A stretch of 64,000 bases of DNA from Takakia lepidozioides (taxonomy: Eukaryota; Plantae; Bryophyta), in the NCBI GenBank assembly GCA_030704615.1, contig CM060733.1:32178001-32242000 (forward strand). The letters run 5' to 3'. How positions within the stretch are numbered: position 1 is the stretch's first letter; each line of letters begins with the position of its first letter. This document shows, piece after piece, positions 61,427-64,000 of the stretch. The position numbers were made by a program, and so were the translations under genes. Below the pieces are notes generated by a model, which had not been told where the DNA came from, did not search any database, and saw only the letters and a program-made list of their open reading frames with translations.

Positions 61427-64000
61427 GGTGACCACCAATCCACCTCACATTAAATGACTTCCGATGTAATGATGATATGTTTTGATACACAACTTAGTTT
61501 GGCCTCATATGTTAGTAGTTGTTACACTTACGAGTGGATAATAAAACTATCACGTATGATTAGAAGAAAGAAATGTGATGGTAAAACGTTATGATAGTAT
61601 ACCTTTAGGAGAGCATCTACAAGATGGTGGCCAATGTTTAGGGGCATAAGGCAACCTTAAAAGCCACCCCCATGAAAAGTCAATTGGACACCTAATGGTA
61701 CATATGTTATAAGATTTTTTTTGGTTAATTTTTCAGTAAACATGGGACAGAGGTCCTGGAATGACATTAAGAAAAGTGGAAAAAATAATCACTAGGGGGG
61801 CTGTCGGGAAACCACCCTGTAACCAAAAAAACCGTCAAATCAAAACCAACATCAGATAAAGCAGGCAGAGCGGCAGACCCAAGTGTTGCAGGGAAAGGTG
61901 ATGAGGCCTAGAGACCAAGAGCGGAGCAAAATGACTCGGGAGCCAAAAAACGAAGAGGAGTTAAAGCAACGTTACATTTGAGGCCATGACATGAGCAGCA
62001 AGGCTCAACTTAACTTGCGCTTTCAGCTTATAATCCCTAGCGCGCTTATGTCACCAATTAAAACCCGCATCTTTGCCTCCACCCGAGGACTTCACATTGA
62101 GGGAAGATGGTCTCTTTCCACCGAAAGGAAGAGTCCAATACACGGGTTGCCGATGACGCCATTCTTGCCCAAGGCAAGATCAATATACCAAAACATACAA
62201 TGTGATCCTCTTTTTTGAAACAGTACATTTGTTTGCATTGTGAAGATTCTTCCATGGTATCCAATTTTTGTGCAATTGTATATTGTCCTCCCCAAACTTT
62301 GAAAACAAAGTTCTCATCTCATTCTCGTCTATTAGAAGACTTTGCCGTGTGGTGGAGAAATATCTGTGTGCTAGCTTGCAGCTAAAACTAGGCATTGTGT
62401 TCATGGAGGAAGAAAGGAAGGATTTGCAAGGAGAGGTCATCGAGAGTCTTGTAGTGCTCTCCGCGAGTAGAGAGGTTTGGAACAATTCCCCTCCAAGACT
62501 GTCACGCTCGTCCAAGTCCGAACGCGTCGTTGTTTTGGACATTTCTGATCTGCAATGAGGTCCAATATCATCCTCAAGGTCATTCAAGTCCGGCATGGAC
62601 ATCTCTGCAAATGGAAGTCATGTACCATCACAGATCAATGCAATCCGCTCCATAGTGTAACTCCTTCGCGAACTCCACACAGATGGATCTTGCTCTGAGC
62701 TTGCTGCACCTGACTACGATGAGTTCCCAATGACACCAGTCATATATTTGTCCTCCACTTATCGATGAAAATGTAATTTTGTTCCCTCCTCTAATATTGT
62801 TGACATGCAAGGCCTTGAGCACGTTGACAAATATGGATCGAAAGCATGACGGTCATCCCTAGTGCATCACCGGAACCAATAGCATGAAGGTTGCACTCGG
62901 TGTTCAACAGTACAAAATCAGGACCACTTGTTACAGAAACTGTGAAACACTGATACAACTCATGGTATAGCCCACAAATAGAAGGGTCTGCGATGACCAT
63001 GAAGCCAAGAGAGCTCAGGCGTCTATATGACTAGAATACCTGCAAGGAGTAGCAATTGAAGGCGTACGGTTCTAATCGTCAAGTTCGGACATCCAGGGGT
63101 CTGTTATACGACTGCAGGCAACAGCTTACATATTTCCCGCCTCAACGTCTGATCATTATCAAATCGAAGGCAAGACAAGAGAGCTTAGCCTCAAAAACAA
63201 AACGGCGGATGGGCTGTATTTTAAACGACACGGTTGACAATAGTCTTGTATTTTCCAGATATAATCCTGCACGTAGCTTAAATGCAGTTTCAAGGAGAAC
63301 GTATGAAACGTGGAGCATACATACTTTTGGTTGTGATCTTCTCTTATGCTCAGACACGCTATGAACAGGGATCAAGCATAGGCTCCTCTGTGTTTTTGTT
63401 TGCTAAAACAAACGACGTTGCCTTATGGGTTAGTTGCAACTGCCCGTAGTCGATCGTTTTTCCCAAACGGGTATTTAAATTTATTTGTGTGAATTCAATG
63501 CAAGGAGTTGTCAATTTGTCTTAGGCTCACTTTAAAGTTCAAAAGAGGTTTTATCCAGCGATAGCCGTCGATTGAAATTTTGTTGTGTTAAGGACCTCAA
63601 ATTGATAAGACGAAGATGTTATCAAGCGCTGTTGGTAAGGGACTTTTTTTGCGACGTCTAATGATGGGGCAAGACGGTGCGGGTGAAGTTTCATACCCAA
63701 GCGTCGATCTTTCCACACCCCAAAAATTAGCTCTTCAATGGAAGCAACGTTTCCACCAGCTCAGTGTTTTTTCATGGTTGGACGTTGAACCCAATGGACC
63801 TGCAGATTGGTGGGGATTTCAAGGGTATCCCAAAGGAATTTTTTGAGGTTTTTTTGTCATTGTTTGCAATGGCACCCATTTTTGGGGCTTTTTGGGCATT
63901 GGTGGCCACCCAAAATCAATTGGAAAGATTTTAAGGGGCTAAAATATCTAGGAGCGCCGGAGGACATCTGGTGGATAAAAATTGCTACTTATCAACTGAA

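Overview
Eukaryotic land-plant nuclear DNA, probably from a seed-free lineage (inferred from the spliced genes, a DYW-PPR and a DAZ1-type zinc finger). Six intact intron-containing genes could be reconstructed by hand: Pol III subunit RPC8/RPC25 (+), a bZIP factor (-), CacyBP/SIP (-), LDAP/REF-SRPP (-), nitrobindin (+) and a five-finger DAZ1-like C2H2/EAR protein (-). Pseudogenes and fragments include a deletion-collapsed PPR-DYW gene, a chimeric bZIP duplicate, and orphan pieces of RPC8, a DUF2921-type gene and NAD(P)HX epimerase. Mobile DNA comprises a decayed hAT element, two LINE families, a tRNA-cloverleaf SINE family (5 copies), a TA-flanked MITE and a TTAA-flanked piggyBac-like element. 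The most notable observations are a LINE family stacked repeatedly into (TC)n/(GA)n microsatellites, the piggyBac-like element in a plant, and the SINE with a full cloverleaf head and variable anticodon. All family assignments rest on recognising motifs by eye; no database searches were run.
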